Assembly (NCBI GenBank): GCA_044344255.1
Contig: JBIJDH010000001.1
Coordinates: forward strand, 543,604-607,603
Origin: Myxococcota bacterium
GTDB lineage: Bacteria > Myxococcota_A > UBA796 > UBA2385
Direction: 5' to 3'
Length of the DNA stretch: 64,000 nt
Positions 29,910-39,369 of the stretch are shown here, piece by piece; positions within the stretch are counted from its first letter, which is position 1; every line of letters begins with the position of its first letter. The notes below the pieces were generated by a model, which made no database searches, was not told where the DNA came from, and saw only the letters and a list, made by a program, of their open reading frames with translations. The position numbers and the translations under genes were made by a program.

Positions 29910-30746
29910 TTAGGCGGCGGCCGGCTTCCCCGCCGCGACCGGGCCGACGCCCCAGCGCAGGAGCAGGCCGCCCGGCACACCGAAGAAGATCGCCCCCAGC
30001 GCCGCGCCGAGGGCGGCGGTGCCGTTGACATGGGGGGTCAGCGCCGAGAGGGACAGCGCGCCGAGGGCGACCGCGACCGAGACGGGGATCACCGTGTGAC
30101 TGCGCTGCTTGCCCCTCCCGTCCACCACGGCGGCCAGCACAGCGAGCGCGACGCCCGCGATCTGGACGAAGCCGGCGCTCGGGAGGGCCCCCACCACCGA
30201 GACCTCGACGGGCGTGCCCACGAGGTCGCCCTCTTCACTCTCCAGGCGGAGGGTGAGCGCGCGGTCGTCGGCGCGGCTGGGCAGGTCAATGCGCTCCTCG
30301 GTGTGCACCATTCGCTCGAGGCTGGTGCCCGCCCCCTTCCGCCCGGTGCGATGGGCCTCCCAATGTTCGTCGAAGCTGCCCCGGTGATCGAGCACCTTCT
30401 CCCCATCGGCGAGGACAGTGAGGTGGAACTTGCCGGAGACGCTCTCTCCGGCCTCCGGGCTCGGCAGCTCGGCCCGCACCAGCAGCGCCCGCCCGCTGCC
30501 CGCCTCGACCGCGAGCGGCGCCGCCCCGACCTGGAGTGAGGCGGTGGCAGCGACCGGGCCCGGCTCGAGCACCCGGTAGACGAGGCCCATGGAGAGCGAG
30601 AAGCTGAGGAAGATCAACACGCCGCCCGCGGGGCGCGTCGCCGCCGTGGTGTTGCGCTGCCAGTCCCACAGCCCGAAGGTGAGCACCACCGCGAAGACGA
30701 GGAGCAGCACCACCAAGGGCGGGAGGCTAGCGGCGAGCTGATTCAT
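29910..30746 (-). CDS. Hypothetical membrane protein
   Basis: N- and C-terminal TM segments flanking a soluble domain. Confidence 0.6.
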   Translation of the reverse strand: MNQLAASLPPLVVLLLVFAVVLTFGLWDWQRNTTAATRPAGGVLIFLSFSLSMGLVYRVLEPGPVAATASLQVGAAPLAVEAGSGRALLVRAELPSPEAGESVSGKFHLTVLADGEKVLDHRGSFDEHWEAHRTGRKGAGTSLERMVHTEERIDLPSRADDRALTLRLESEEGDLVGTPVEVSVVGALPSAGFVQIAGVALAVLAAVVDGRGKQRSHTVIPVSVAVALGALSLSALTPHVNGTAALGAALGAIFFGVPGGLLLRWGVGPVAAGKPAAA

Positions 30747-30898
30747 GCGCGTCTCGGGGAAGGTCGGGTACTACACCCGAGGGTGCCCGTCGATGCCACA
30801 CCGGCGGGCGCCGCCCAACTTTTGACCAGACGAACACCCGGCCGGCGCCGAACGGAATAGGACTCCGCGAGAATAGGACGCCGCGAAGGGGCCCCGTC

Positions 30899-31882
30899 GT
30901 GGATTCGCTCAAGCCGGGACAGATCATCGGTGACTACGAGGTGCTGGAGCTCCTGGGCGTCGGCGGCATCGCGCGTGTATACCGGGTCCGGCACACCAAG
31001 ACCGGCGACGAGCAGGCCATCAAGGTGCTCAACGAGCGGCGGGGAGACCTCGAGGACCGGCTGCGCCAGGAGGGTCGGGTCCAGTCCCGGCTCCAGCACC
31101 CGAACATCGTGCGCGTGACCGGCATGTTCGACCACGAGGGCTCTCCGGTGCTCGTGATGGAGTACGTCCGCGGCAAGAACCTGGAGCAGCTCATCGAGCA
31201 GCGCGCGCCGATGCGCTGGTGGGAGGCCCGCCCGATCATCGTCGGCCTGCTCCAGGGAGTCTCGGCGGCGCACGCAGGCGGGGTGCTCCACCGTGACCTC
31301 AAGCCCGGCAACATCCTCCTCGAAGAGGGCCCCGCCGGCCTCTCCCCCAAGCTCACCGACTTCGGCATCGCCAAGGTGCTCGACGAGGTCGACGCCCGCG
31401 ACGGCCGCACGCGGGCCCGCGCCAAGCTCGGGACCCCCGGGTACATGGCCCCCGAGCAGTGGGCCGACGCCGCCAGCGTAGACGGTCGGGCCGACATCTT
31501 CGCCATCGGCGTCATCCTCTACGAGCTGCTCACCGGAGACCTCCCCTACACGGGCGAGGGGGCCTCGGGCCTGCTCAAGGCGATCTGGGCGGGCCGCTTC
31601 ACCCCCCTCGAGACCGCCGCCCCCGATGTGCCCCACCTGATCGCCCAAGGCGTCCACAAGGCCATCCAGCCCGAGCCGCAAGCCCGCTTCACCACCGCCG
31701 ACGAGATGCTGGAGGCGCTGGGCGGCCCGATCGTCCCCCCGCCGCAAGACACGGGCAAGGCCTGGTGGCAGATGGGCTGCCTCGCGAGCTCCGCCCTCGC
31801 GCTGAGCATCCTCCTGATGGCGGCGATCTTCGCCGCCTACGCGGTCACCCAGGGCGAAGGGGCGGGGGCCCACCTCCCGTGA
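30899..31882 (+). CDS. Hanks-type Ser/Thr protein kinase with C-terminal TM helix
   Basis: GVGG, AIK, HRDLKPGN, DFG, GTPGYMAPE. Confidence 0.93.
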   Translation: MDSLKPGQIIGDYEVLELLGVGGIARVYRVRHTKTGDEQAIKVLNERRGDLEDRLRQEGRVQSRLQHPNIVRVTGMFDHEGSPVLVMEYVRGKNLEQLIEQRAPMRWWEARPIIVGLLQGVSAAHAGGVLHRDLKPGNILLEEGPAGLSPKLTDFGIAKVLDEVDARDGRTRARAKLGTPGYMAPEQWADAASVDGRADIFAIGVILYELLTGDLPYTGEGASGLLKAIWAGRFTPLETAAPDVPHLIAQGVHKAIQPEPQARFTTADEMLEALGGPIVPPPQDTGKAWWQMGCLASSALALSILLMAAIFAAYAVTQGEGAGAHLP

Positions 31883-32265
31883 GCCGTCTCCGGCTGGCGT
31901 GGGCCGTCCTCTTCGTCACGCTCTGCCTGAGCCCGGGCTGCACGCGGAAGGTCCTGCTCCTGAGCAGCCCGCCAGGGGCGGAGGTGCGCTACCGCGGGCA
32001 GACGGTCGGCGTCACGCCGGTCGAGCTCAAGGTGCCGGGCATCCCGGGGCGCCGAACCGCCCGCCTCAGCGCCAACGGCTACCGCACCGTCGAGGTCAAC
32101 CTCGGCAATGATCTGCGCCCCCGCTACTTCCTCGGTGACCTGCTCTGGCCACCCCGCTGGAGGCGCCTCGTGGGGGTAGAGGCGCGCAGCCACGAGGTCA
32201 TCCTGGTGCCCCGCCACGGCCGCGCCGGAACCTGGACCCCCGACGACGTCGAGGCCTCGAACTAA
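31879..32265 (+). CDS. PEGA-domain lipoprotein
   Basis: Lipobox-like PGC; SSPPGAEV...GVTP...GY pattern; GTG overlaps the kinase stop. Confidence 0.7.
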   Translation: MSRLRLAWAVLFVTLCLSPGCTRKVLLLSSPPGAEVRYRGQTVGVTPVELKVPGIPGRRTARLSANGYRTVEVNLGNDLRPRYFLGDLLWPPRWRRLVGVEARSHEVILVPRHGRAGTWTPDDVEASN

Positions 32266-33020
32266 ACCCCACACATCGGGGCACCGATCGCGCGGGCCCC
32301 GATCGCGCGGGCCAGGGCGGCGAAGAGGGCCCCGTCGAGCAGCTCGGGGTGCCACTGCACGCCGAGACAGAAGCGCCGCCCCGGGTGCTCCACCGCTTCG
32401 ATCACGCCGTCCGGCGCTCGACCCACGATCTGCAAGGCGCCCGGCTGATCCACGGCCTGGTGGTGGGTGGAGTTGACCTCGATCTCGGGCCGGCCGCCGT
32501 AGGCCTCCCGCAGCCGGGACGGCAGGAGGACGACCGCGTGCCACGGGGTGGCGGGGTCGGTGGGCTGCTCGTGCTCGAGGCTCCCGGCGAGCGCCTGGGC
32601 GATGTCCTGGTGGAGCGTCCCCCCCGCCGCAACCGCCAGCGCCTGCATCCCGCCACAGAGGCCAAGCAGGGGGACGTCCCGCGAGAGGCAGGCCCGCGCG
32701 AGGCCGAGCTCGAGGCCGGTCCGACCCTCGTCGGGGTGGTCCATTCGGCCGGCCACCGCCGCTCCGTAGTGGCGCGGGTGGATGTCGAAGGCCCCGCCCG
32801 TGATCACGACCCCGCCCACCCAGCCGAGCAGCGCCTCGATCAGGGGCTCGGGATCACCATCATGGGGCGGGAGCAGCAGCGGCTCGAGGCCGACCCCCCG
32901 CAGGCCCCGCACCACCGCCTCTCCGACCCAGACCTCGGGCCGGGCCGGCCGCACCCGCGCGCTCTGCGGCTGGGGGCCGAGCGGCCGGCGATCGGCTGTG
33001 ACAGCGACGAAACGGCTCAA
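32262..33020 (-). CDS. Peptidase C26/PuuD-like glutamine amidotransferase
   Basis: GLCGGMQ, NSTHHQ, GVQWHPE. Confidence 0.88.
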   Translation of the reverse strand: MSRFVAVTADRRPLGPQPQSARVRPARPEVWVGEAVVRGLRGVGLEPLLLPPHDGDPEPLIEALLGWVGGVVITGGAFDIHPRHYGAAVAGRMDHPDEGRTGLELGLARACLSRDVPLLGLCGGMQALAVAAGGTLHQDIAQALAGSLEHEQPTDPATPWHAVVLLPSRLREAYGGRPEIEVNSTHHQAVDQPGALQIVGRAPDGVIEAVEHPGRRFCLGVQWHPELLDGALFAALARAIGARAIGAPMCGV

Positions 33021-33162
33021 GACCGGGCCCTGCCCTGACGGACCCTCGTCAGGCAGCGACGAGGGCGCTGGGGAGGCCGTCTTCGAGGGGGACCTGCCGA
33101 AGGGGATCGACAGTCGTCAGGGGTGACCACCCCCCCCCTCCTTTGATTCAAGGCACTTCTGT

Positions 33163-33178
33163 TGGCGCGGCTCCTGCA
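33163..33178 (+). promoter_or_regulatory. Putative sigma54 (-24/-12) promoter
   Basis: TGGCGCGGCTCCTGCA has GG-N10-GC spacing and lies ~30 nt before the comM ATG. Confidence 0.55.
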
Positions 33179-33209
33179 ATGGGGTCTGGCAACCAAGTCG
33201 GGAGCTCCA

Positions 33210-34727
33210 ATGGCCTGCTGTGTTCGAACTGGCGCCCTCATCGGCGTAGAGGGCGTGCCCGTCCTCGCGGAGGTCGACCTCCTCCGCCGATTGCCCAGCG
33301 TCGTGATTGTCGGCCTGCCGAACGGCGCAGTCAAGGAGAGCGCCGACCGGGTCCGATCCGCGATCCAACAGGTCGGCTTTGAGTTTCCGAAGCGGCGGGT
33401 GGTCGTGAACCTCTCTCCAGCCGACCTGCGAAAGTCCGGCACCTCCTTTGACCTCCCGATCGCGGTGGGCATCCTCGCCGCCTCCGAGCAGGTGCCCACC
33501 GAGCCCCTACTCGACACCGTGTTCAGCGGCGAGCTCTCCCTCGAGGGCCACCTGCGGCGGATCCGCGGCGCCCTGTCGCTCACGCTGATGGCGGTAGCCG
33601 AGGGGGCCAAGCGCATCGTCCTGCCCTATGACAACGCCGCCGAGGCCGCGCTCGTGCCCGGCATCGAGGTGGTCGCCGCCCGCAGCCTCGAGGATGTGAC
33701 CCGCTGGCTCCAGGGCCTCACCGAGCTCCCCGCGCCGCCGCCACCCCGCCCACCCGGCCTCGACTCCACGGCAGACCTCTCCGAGGTCCGCGGCCAGTCC
33801 CGCGCTCGGCGGGCGATGGAGGTGGCCGCTGCGGGGGGCCACAACCTCTTGCTCATCGGGAGCCCGGGCTGCGGGAAGACGATGCTCGCCGCGCGGATGC
33901 CCTCCATCCTCCCCGATCTCGCCTTTGAAGAGGCGGTCGACATCACGCGCGTCCACTCGGTCGCCGGGCTCCTCTCCGACCAGCAGGGCATGGTCAACCG
34001 CCGCCCCTTCCGCGCCCCGCACCACAGCATCAGCGCCGCCGGGATGGTCGGAAACGCCGCGCTGCAGCCGGGGGAGGTCTCCCTCGCCCACCACGGCGTG
34101 CTCTTCCTCGACGAGGTCCCCGAGTTCAGCCGCCACGTGCTCGAGCTGCTCCGCGCCCCCCTCGAGGACCGCGAGATCCGGATCAGCCGCGCCCAAGGGA
34201 GCGTCCGCTTCCCCGCCAGCTTCTCCCTCATCGCGGCGGCGAACCCCTGCCCCTGCGGCTTCGCCGGCCACCCCATCCGCCCTTGCGCCTGCCCGCCTCC
34301 CCTCGTCGAGCGCTACCGGAGCCGCATCAGCGGGCCCCTGCTCGACCGGATTGACCTCCAGGTCTGGGTGCAGCCCGTAGACAGTGAGCAGCTCGTGAGC
34401 GGGCGCCCCGGCGAGGGCTCGACCGCCGTGCGCGCCCGGGTGGAGGCGGCGCGGGGCATCCAGCGCCGCCGATACGCCGGCACTCCCATTCGCAGCAACG
34501 CCGAGCTCGGCGGGGACAGCATCCGAGAGGCCGCCGACCCCACCGGAGAGGCCACCCGCTTCCTCCAAGACACCATCGACCGCCACGGCCTGTCGGCGCG
34601 CTCCTGGGCCCGGATGCTCAAGGTGGCGCGCACCATCGCCGACCTCGAGCAGGCCGGCCGAGTGGAGATCGGTCACGTCATGGAGGCCTCCTCCTATCGG
34701 ATCCACGACATCGGGGGCGCCCCATGA
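33210..34727 (+). CDS. comM: YifB/ComM Mg-chelatase-like AAA+ ATPase
   Basis: VGLP-AVKES, GSPGCGKT, FRAPHH, HHGVLFLDE, NPCPCG, LDRID. Confidence 0.9.
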   Translation: MACCVRTGALIGVEGVPVLAEVDLLRRLPSVVIVGLPNGAVKESADRVRSAIQQVGFEFPKRRVVVNLSPADLRKSGTSFDLPIAVGILAASEQVPTEPLLDTVFSGELSLEGHLRRIRGALSLTLMAVAEGAKRIVLPYDNAAEAALVPGIEVVAARSLEDVTRWLQGLTELPAPPPPRPPGLDSTADLSEVRGQSRARRAMEVAAAGGHNLLLIGSPGCGKTMLAARMPSILPDLAFEEAVDITRVHSVAGLLSDQQGMVNRRPFRAPHHSISAAGMVGNAALQPGEVSLAHHGVLFLDEVPEFSRHVLELLRAPLEDREIRISRAQGSVRFPASFSLIAAANPCPCGFAGHPIRPCACPPPLVERYRSRISGPLLDRIDLQVWVQPVDSEQLVSGRPGEGSTAVRARVEAARGIQRRRYAGTPIRSNAELGGDSIREAADPTGEATRFLQDTIDRHGLSARSWARMLKVARTIADLEQAGRVEIGHVMEASSYRIHDIGGAP

Positions 34728-35089
34728 GCCCGCCCCTCGCCCTGCTCTTCGGCCTGCGCCTCTCGGGCGTGGTCGATCGTATCGAGGGGGACTTCGCGGT
34801 GGTCGAGTGGGCCGAAGGAGACCTCTCCGACGTCCCGCTCAGCCTGCTCCCTCAGCGGATCGAGGAGGGGGACACCCTCGTCCTCCGCCTCCGCCCGCGC
34901 CCCGACGGCGCCCTGGCGCTCGGCACCCTGCCGCCGCGCATCGCCACTCCAAAGGGCCCCCTCACCCTCCCCTCTTCCGTCCCGATCCGGTCCGGGAGCG
35001 CGTGGCACTTCCGCACACGCGCCGCCCGGACACGCCCCCGCCCTGCTGACAGGGCTGTCCCCAACCCGCCCAAACGGAGCTCGTCATGA
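34724..35089 (+). CDS. DUF3006-like small protein
   Basis: [13 protein letters not shown]...LP..IEEGD pattern; ATGA overlaps with both neighbours. Confidence 0.65.
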   Translation: MSPPLALLFGLRLSGVVDRIEGDFAVVEWAEGDLSDVPLSLLPQRIEEGDTLVLRLRPRPDGALALGTLPPRIATPKGPLTLPSSVPIRSGSAWHFRTRAARTRPRPADRAVPNPPKRSSS

Positions 35090-36171
35090 TCCAGTCCGCC
35101 CAGAGCACCTCTACCCCGACACCCACCTCGAACGGCCGTATCTCCCCCGCCGACCGCGCCGCCCAGGAGCGGAACAACGCCCTCGCCGACGCGATCAGCC
35201 GCCTCGAGAAGCAGTACGGCACCGGCGCGGTGATGCGCCTCGGCGACGAGGCCCGCGCCCCCGTCGAGACCATCTCCACCGGCTCCATCAGCCTCGACCT
35301 CGCCACCGGCTGCGGCGGCTATCCCCGCGGCCGCGTCATCGAGATCTACGGCCCGGAGTCGAGCGGGAAGACCACCCTCACCCTGCACGCCATCGCCCAG
35401 TGCCAGGCCGCCGGCGGCGTCGCCGCCTTCATCGACGCCGAGCACGCCCTCGACGCCACCTACGCCGCCTCCCTCGGCGTTGACCTCGACAGCCTGCTGG
35501 TCGCCCAGCCCGACGACGGCGAGCAGGCCCTCGACATCTGCGAGCAGCTCGTGATGTCGGGCGGGGTCGACCTCGTCGTCGTGGACTCCGTCGCCGCGCT
35601 CGTGCCCCGCGCCGAGCTCGCCGGCGAGATGGGGGACACCCAGGTCGGCCTCCAGGCCCGCCTCATGAGCAAGGCGCTGCGCAAGCTCACCGGCATCGCC
35701 CACAAGACCAACGCCGCCATCGTCTTCATCAACCAGCTCCGCCAGAAGATCGGCGTCTCCTTTGGCCCCTCCGAGGTCACCGCGGGCGGCAACGCCCTGA
35801 AGTACTACGCCAGCCTCCGCCTCGACGTGCGCCGGGTCGGCGGCCTCAAGGACGGCCAGGAGGCGGTCGGCAACCGCACCCGCGTCCGCGTGGTGAAGAA
35901 CAAGCTGGCGCCGCCCTTCCGCCAGGTCGAATTCGACATCATCTACGGCAAGGGCATCTCGTCGGACGGCGAGCTCATCGATCTGGCCGAGTCCCGCGGC
36001 TTCATCACCAAGTCCGGCTCGTGGTTCTCGCTCGGTGACGTCCGGCTCGGCAACGGCAAGGAGAAGGCCCGCGACTTCCTCGCCACCAACCCCGAGGTCA
36101 AGGCCGAGATCCGCGAGATGCTGCTGAAGAGCGGCCCCGGTCACTTCGAGATGGGCTCGATGGACGCCTGA
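35086..36171 (+). CDS. recA: Recombinase A
   Basis: [35 protein letters not shown]. Confidence 0.97.
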   Translation: MIQSAQSTSTPTPTSNGRISPADRAAQERNNALADAISRLEKQYGTGAVMRLGDEARAPVETISTGSISLDLATGCGGYPRGRVIEIYGPESSGKTTLTLHAIAQCQAAGGVAAFIDAEHALDATYAASLGVDLDSLLVAQPDDGEQALDICEQLVMSGGVDLVVVDSVAALVPRAELAGEMGDTQVGLQARLMSKALRKLTGIAHKTNAAIVFINQLRQKIGVSFGPSEVTAGGNALKYYASLRLDVRRVGGLKDGQEAVGNRTRVRVVKNKLAPPFRQVEFDIIYGKGISSDGELIDLAESRGFITKSGSWFSLGDVRLGNGKEKARDFLATNPEVKAEIREMLLKSGPGHFEMGSMDA

Positions 36172-36218
36172 TCTCCACGGCTCCGCCGCGACCACATCGC
36201 TTGCCTGACCCACAGCTT

Positions 36219-36319
36219 GGGGGCGCGCCCCACAGACCCTGTCGAATGGGTACTGTCTCTCCACTGCACCGAGGCCGACGACGGGGGCGTCAATCGGTCC
36301 GGCTGTGGGGCGCGCTCCC
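36219..36319 (+). other. 17-bp inverted repeat enclosing ~67 nt (candidate structured RNA or terminator)
   Basis: gggggcgcgccccacag (36219-36235) pairs with ctgtggggcgcgctccc (36303-36319), with one G-U on the + strand. Confidence 0.5.
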
Positions 36320-36358
36320 TCTCTCTCCTGTCCCCCGGCCTCTCCTGTCCCGCCAGGT

Positions 36359-37720
36359 TCAGGCGGGGACGGGGGACCCATCCGAGACGCGCCCCTCGGC
36401 CACCCCGATCGCGTAGCGCACATGCCGGCGCATGAAGCTCCCGTAGTCCCCCTCATGGCGCAGCTTCCGCATCATCGAGTAGACCCCGCCCAGCGCGCGG
36501 TGCAGGAAGACGAGCTCGGGCGGCGAGCGCAGCTCGGTGTTGCGCAGCACGGTCCCGGCCAGGTCCTTGACCTGCTCCAACACCAGATCGTCGGGGGCGC
36601 CACACTTGTAGTAGGGCAGCCGCAGCGGCCCCATGATGGCCCCGGCGAGGCGCCAGAGGAGGTCTTCGGCCTCCGGGCTCTGGCCCACGAGGGTGCCGAT
36701 CTTCCGAGAGGCCTTGAAGAAGCCCGGCTTGTCCATGTCGACGCCGGCGAGGGCCATTCGGCCATAGTCCCCCACCCAGTCGATGTCGAAGCGGCGCACA
36801 CAGCCGAAGTCGACCAGCGACAGGCCACCGTCCTTGCGGAACAGGTAATTGCCGCCGTGGGGATCGGCGTGCAGCGTGCGCAGCCGATAGAACATGTCGT
36901 GGAAGCTGTGGCACAACAACCAGCCCGCCTTCTGACAGGCCGCGTAGTCGGCAGTCTCCATGAAGCGGTCGAGCGGCACACCCTCGACGTGGTCCATCGT
37001 CAGCACCTTGTCGGTGCAGTGTGAGGGATAGGTGCGGGGGACATGGATATCGGGGATGGTCTTCATCGCGTAGTGGAAATACTCGATGTTGGCCGCCTCC
37101 TGATAATAGTCGAGCTCCTCTTGGAGCCGCTGGCGGACCTCCTCGAAGAAGGCCTCGAGCTCTTCCTTGTCGCGCCGCAGCACCCGGCCGGTGATGAGGA
37201 GTGACTTGAGGGCCGCGAGGTCAGTGTCCACCGAGTGCTCCACCCCCTGGTGCAGCACCTTGACCACCACCGGGGTGCCATCCTTCAGGCGGGCGGCGTG
37301 GGCCTGGGCGAGGGAGGCCGTGCCGAGGGGGTTCGGGTCAAAGCGGTCAAAGCGGTCGGTGAGGCTGCCCTCGAGCTCGGCCTCCACCGTGCGCTGGATG
37401 AGCGAGAAGGGGATAGGCTCGGCCTTGTCATTGAGCTTGCCGAGCACCCGGGCGACGTCGGGCGGGAGGTCCATGCCGTCCGCGATGAGCGCGATCGACT
37501 GACCCACCTTCATCGCGGCGCCCTTGAGCGCCCCCATCGACTTGACCACCCGCTCGGCGTTCTCGATGTGCAGCTTGCGCATCGAGGCGTCGCGGGCCTC
37601 ATCGTCCTGAAAGGCCCCCTTGATTCGCTGGCCGAGGTAGCTCCCCGAGACCCGGCTCGTGAGGCTGGAGAGCTGAGCGATGCGGCCCAGGCGAGACTTT
37701 GGCGGCGGCTTGCCGGACAT
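36359..37720 (-). CDS. ABC1/AarF/UbiB family atypical kinase
   Basis: KVGQ, ASLAQAH, VVKV, ELDY-EA, HADPHGGN, DFG. Confidence 0.92.
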   Translation of the reverse strand: MSGKPPPKSRLGRIAQLSSLTSRVSGSYLGQRIKGAFQDDEARDASMRKLHIENAERVVKSMGALKGAAMKVGQSIALIADGMDLPPDVARVLGKLNDKAEPIPFSLIQRTVEAELEGSLTDRFDRFDPNPLGTASLAQAHAARLKDGTPVVVKVLHQGVEHSVDTDLAALKSLLITGRVLRRDKEELEAFFEEVRQRLQEELDYYQEAANIEYFHYAMKTIPDIHVPRTYPSHCTDKVLTMDHVEGVPLDRFMETADYAACQKAGWLLCHSFHDMFYRLRTLHADPHGGNYLFRKDGGLSLVDFGCVRRFDIDWVGDYGRMALAGVDMDKPGFFKASRKIGTLVGQSPEAEDLLWRLAGAIMGPLRLPYYKCGAPDDLVLEQVKDLAGTVLRNTELRSPPELVFLHRALGGVYSMMRKLRHEGDYGSFMRRHVRYAIGVAEGRVSDGSPVPA

Positions 37721-37723
37721 GGC

Positions 37724-39307
37724 TCAGATCCTCTCGGCCCGGGGGTCGATGGGCGTGGTCGGATATTCGGGGCGGTCGCGGAGCAGGCGCTCGAGGTGGA
37801 GCATGAGGCCGAGCACCTTGTCCTCCTCCCAGGGGCGGCCCACGACCTGCACGCAGACGGGGAGGCCGGCGCTGCTCTGCTCGAAGCGGGCCGCCTTCTT
37901 CTCGAGGCGGTCGGCCGGGGCCGGGCGGGTGGTCTCGTCGGCGCGGACGCGGCTCACCGGCACGACGCCGGCCGGCAGGTCGAGCACGTTGTAGCGCATC
38001 GTGTGCCAGGCCCCGAGCGACCAGTCCCCCGTCTCCCCGAGCAGGGCGGCGGGGGTGACCGTGGGCGGGGCGAGCAGGAGGTCAAAGCCGGCGGCGGTCC
38101 AGGCGGCGGCCTCGGCGCGCTGGAGGGCGGTGCGGCGAGCGGCGAGGCGCCAGAGCTCCGCCACGGACTTCTCGCCGAGGACGCTGAGCTGCCGGGCCAC
38201 GCGCCGCTCCCCGCGGAGGCCCAGGAGCTGCCCCGCGAGCACGCGCACGGGGGTGGGCAGGCGGGCGATGCGCACGAGGGTCTGGAGCTGGGGGGTGAAG
38301 TCCTGCTCGCCCATCGAGAGGTCGATCGTGCGCCCCCCGTCGGCGCTCACGGCGGCGAAGTAGAGCTCGACCAGCTCGACGTTGTTGGGGGGCGTGAAGG
38401 GGATGAGCTCGGCGCCAGCCGCGGCCAGGGCCTCGGCGGACTCGCGCACCGCGCGGCGCACCGAGGCGGCGGGGGGGAAGACGTCGTCGGCCTCGTAGTA
38501 GCCGACGCGCAGGCCCCGGAGCGGCAAGGCACCCGGCTCACCCCAGGGGATGGGCGGGACCATCGGATCGTAGGGGCGCTGGCGCTCGGGCGAGACCGCG
38601 CGCATCGCCAGCACAAGGTCGCCCACCGTGCGGGCCATCGGCCCCATCTGTGACTTGATGACCTCCTGGCCCGGCATGGCCCCCGCCGAGCCCCCCATCG
38701 ACCAGCGGCCCCAGGTCGGCTTCAGGCCCGGCACGCCGCACCAGGCGCTGGGGATGCGGATCGAGCCGCCGATGTCGGTGCCGATGCCGAGCGGGCTCCC
38801 GCCGGTGGCGATCGCCGCCCCTTCACCGCCGCTCGAGCCGCCGGGCGCCCGCCGCGTGTCCCAGGGGTTCGCGGTGGTGCCGAAGAGGTCGTTGTTCGAC
38901 TCCATGCTGAGCAGGAGGAGCGGGACGTTGGTCTTGCCGAGGACGATGCCGCCGCAGTCCTTCAAGACCTTGACCACGGGCGCGTCTTCGGCGGCGGGCT
39001 TGCCCTTCCGGGAGCGGATGCCGAGCGTCTGATCCGAGCCCCGGGTGGCGATGTTCTCCTTCACGGTGAGCGGGAGGCCGTGCAGGGGCCCGAGCGTGAT
39101 GCCCCGGGCGCGCGCGGCGTCGGCGAGGGCGGCCTGCTGGCGGGCCTCCTCGCGAAAGACCTCGACGAAGGCGTGCACCGCCGGCTCCACGGCGTCGATG
39201 CGCGCCAGGAGGGCGTCTACGATCTCCACCGAGGAGAGCGCCCGGGCCTCGAGCGCGGCCAGGAGCTGGGTGGCCGACAGGGCGTGGATCTGCGTGGGCT
39301 GCGACAT
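37724..39307 (-). CDS. Amidase-signature family enzyme
   Basis: GGSSGGEG and GTDIGGSIRIP motifs. Confidence 0.92.
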   Translation of the reverse strand: MSQPTQIHALSATQLLAALEARALSSVEIVDALLARIDAVEPAVHAFVEVFREEARQQAALADAARARGITLGPLHGLPLTVKENIATRGSDQTLGIRSRKGKPAAEDAPVVKVLKDCGGIVLGKTNVPLLLLSMESNNDLFGTTANPWDTRRAPGGSSGGEGAAIATGGSPLGIGTDIGGSIRIPSAWCGVPGLKPTWGRWSMGGSAGAMPGQEVIKSQMGPMARTVGDLVLAMRAVSPERQRPYDPMVPPIPWGEPGALPLRGLRVGYYEADDVFPPAASVRRAVRESAEALAAAGAELIPFTPPNNVELVELYFAAVSADGGRTIDLSMGEQDFTPQLQTLVRIARLPTPVRVLAGQLLGLRGERRVARQLSVLGEKSVAELWRLAARRTALQRAEAAAWTAAGFDLLLAPPTVTPAALLGETGDWSLGAWHTMRYNVLDLPAGVVPVSRVRADETTRPAPADRLEKKAARFEQSSAGLPVCVQVVGRPWEEDKVLGLMLHLERLLRDRPEYPTTPIDPRAERI

Positions 39308-39369
39308 CGCCCCCAGGTAGCCCGCGCGCGGCCCGGGCTCCAGCGTCGATCCGACCCGCCGCTCTCCGA

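Noticed and set aside
32284..32313. 15-bp tandem duplication (ARAIG twice)
   Set aside because: In-frame at the extreme C-terminus of the C26 hydrolase; no evident consequence.
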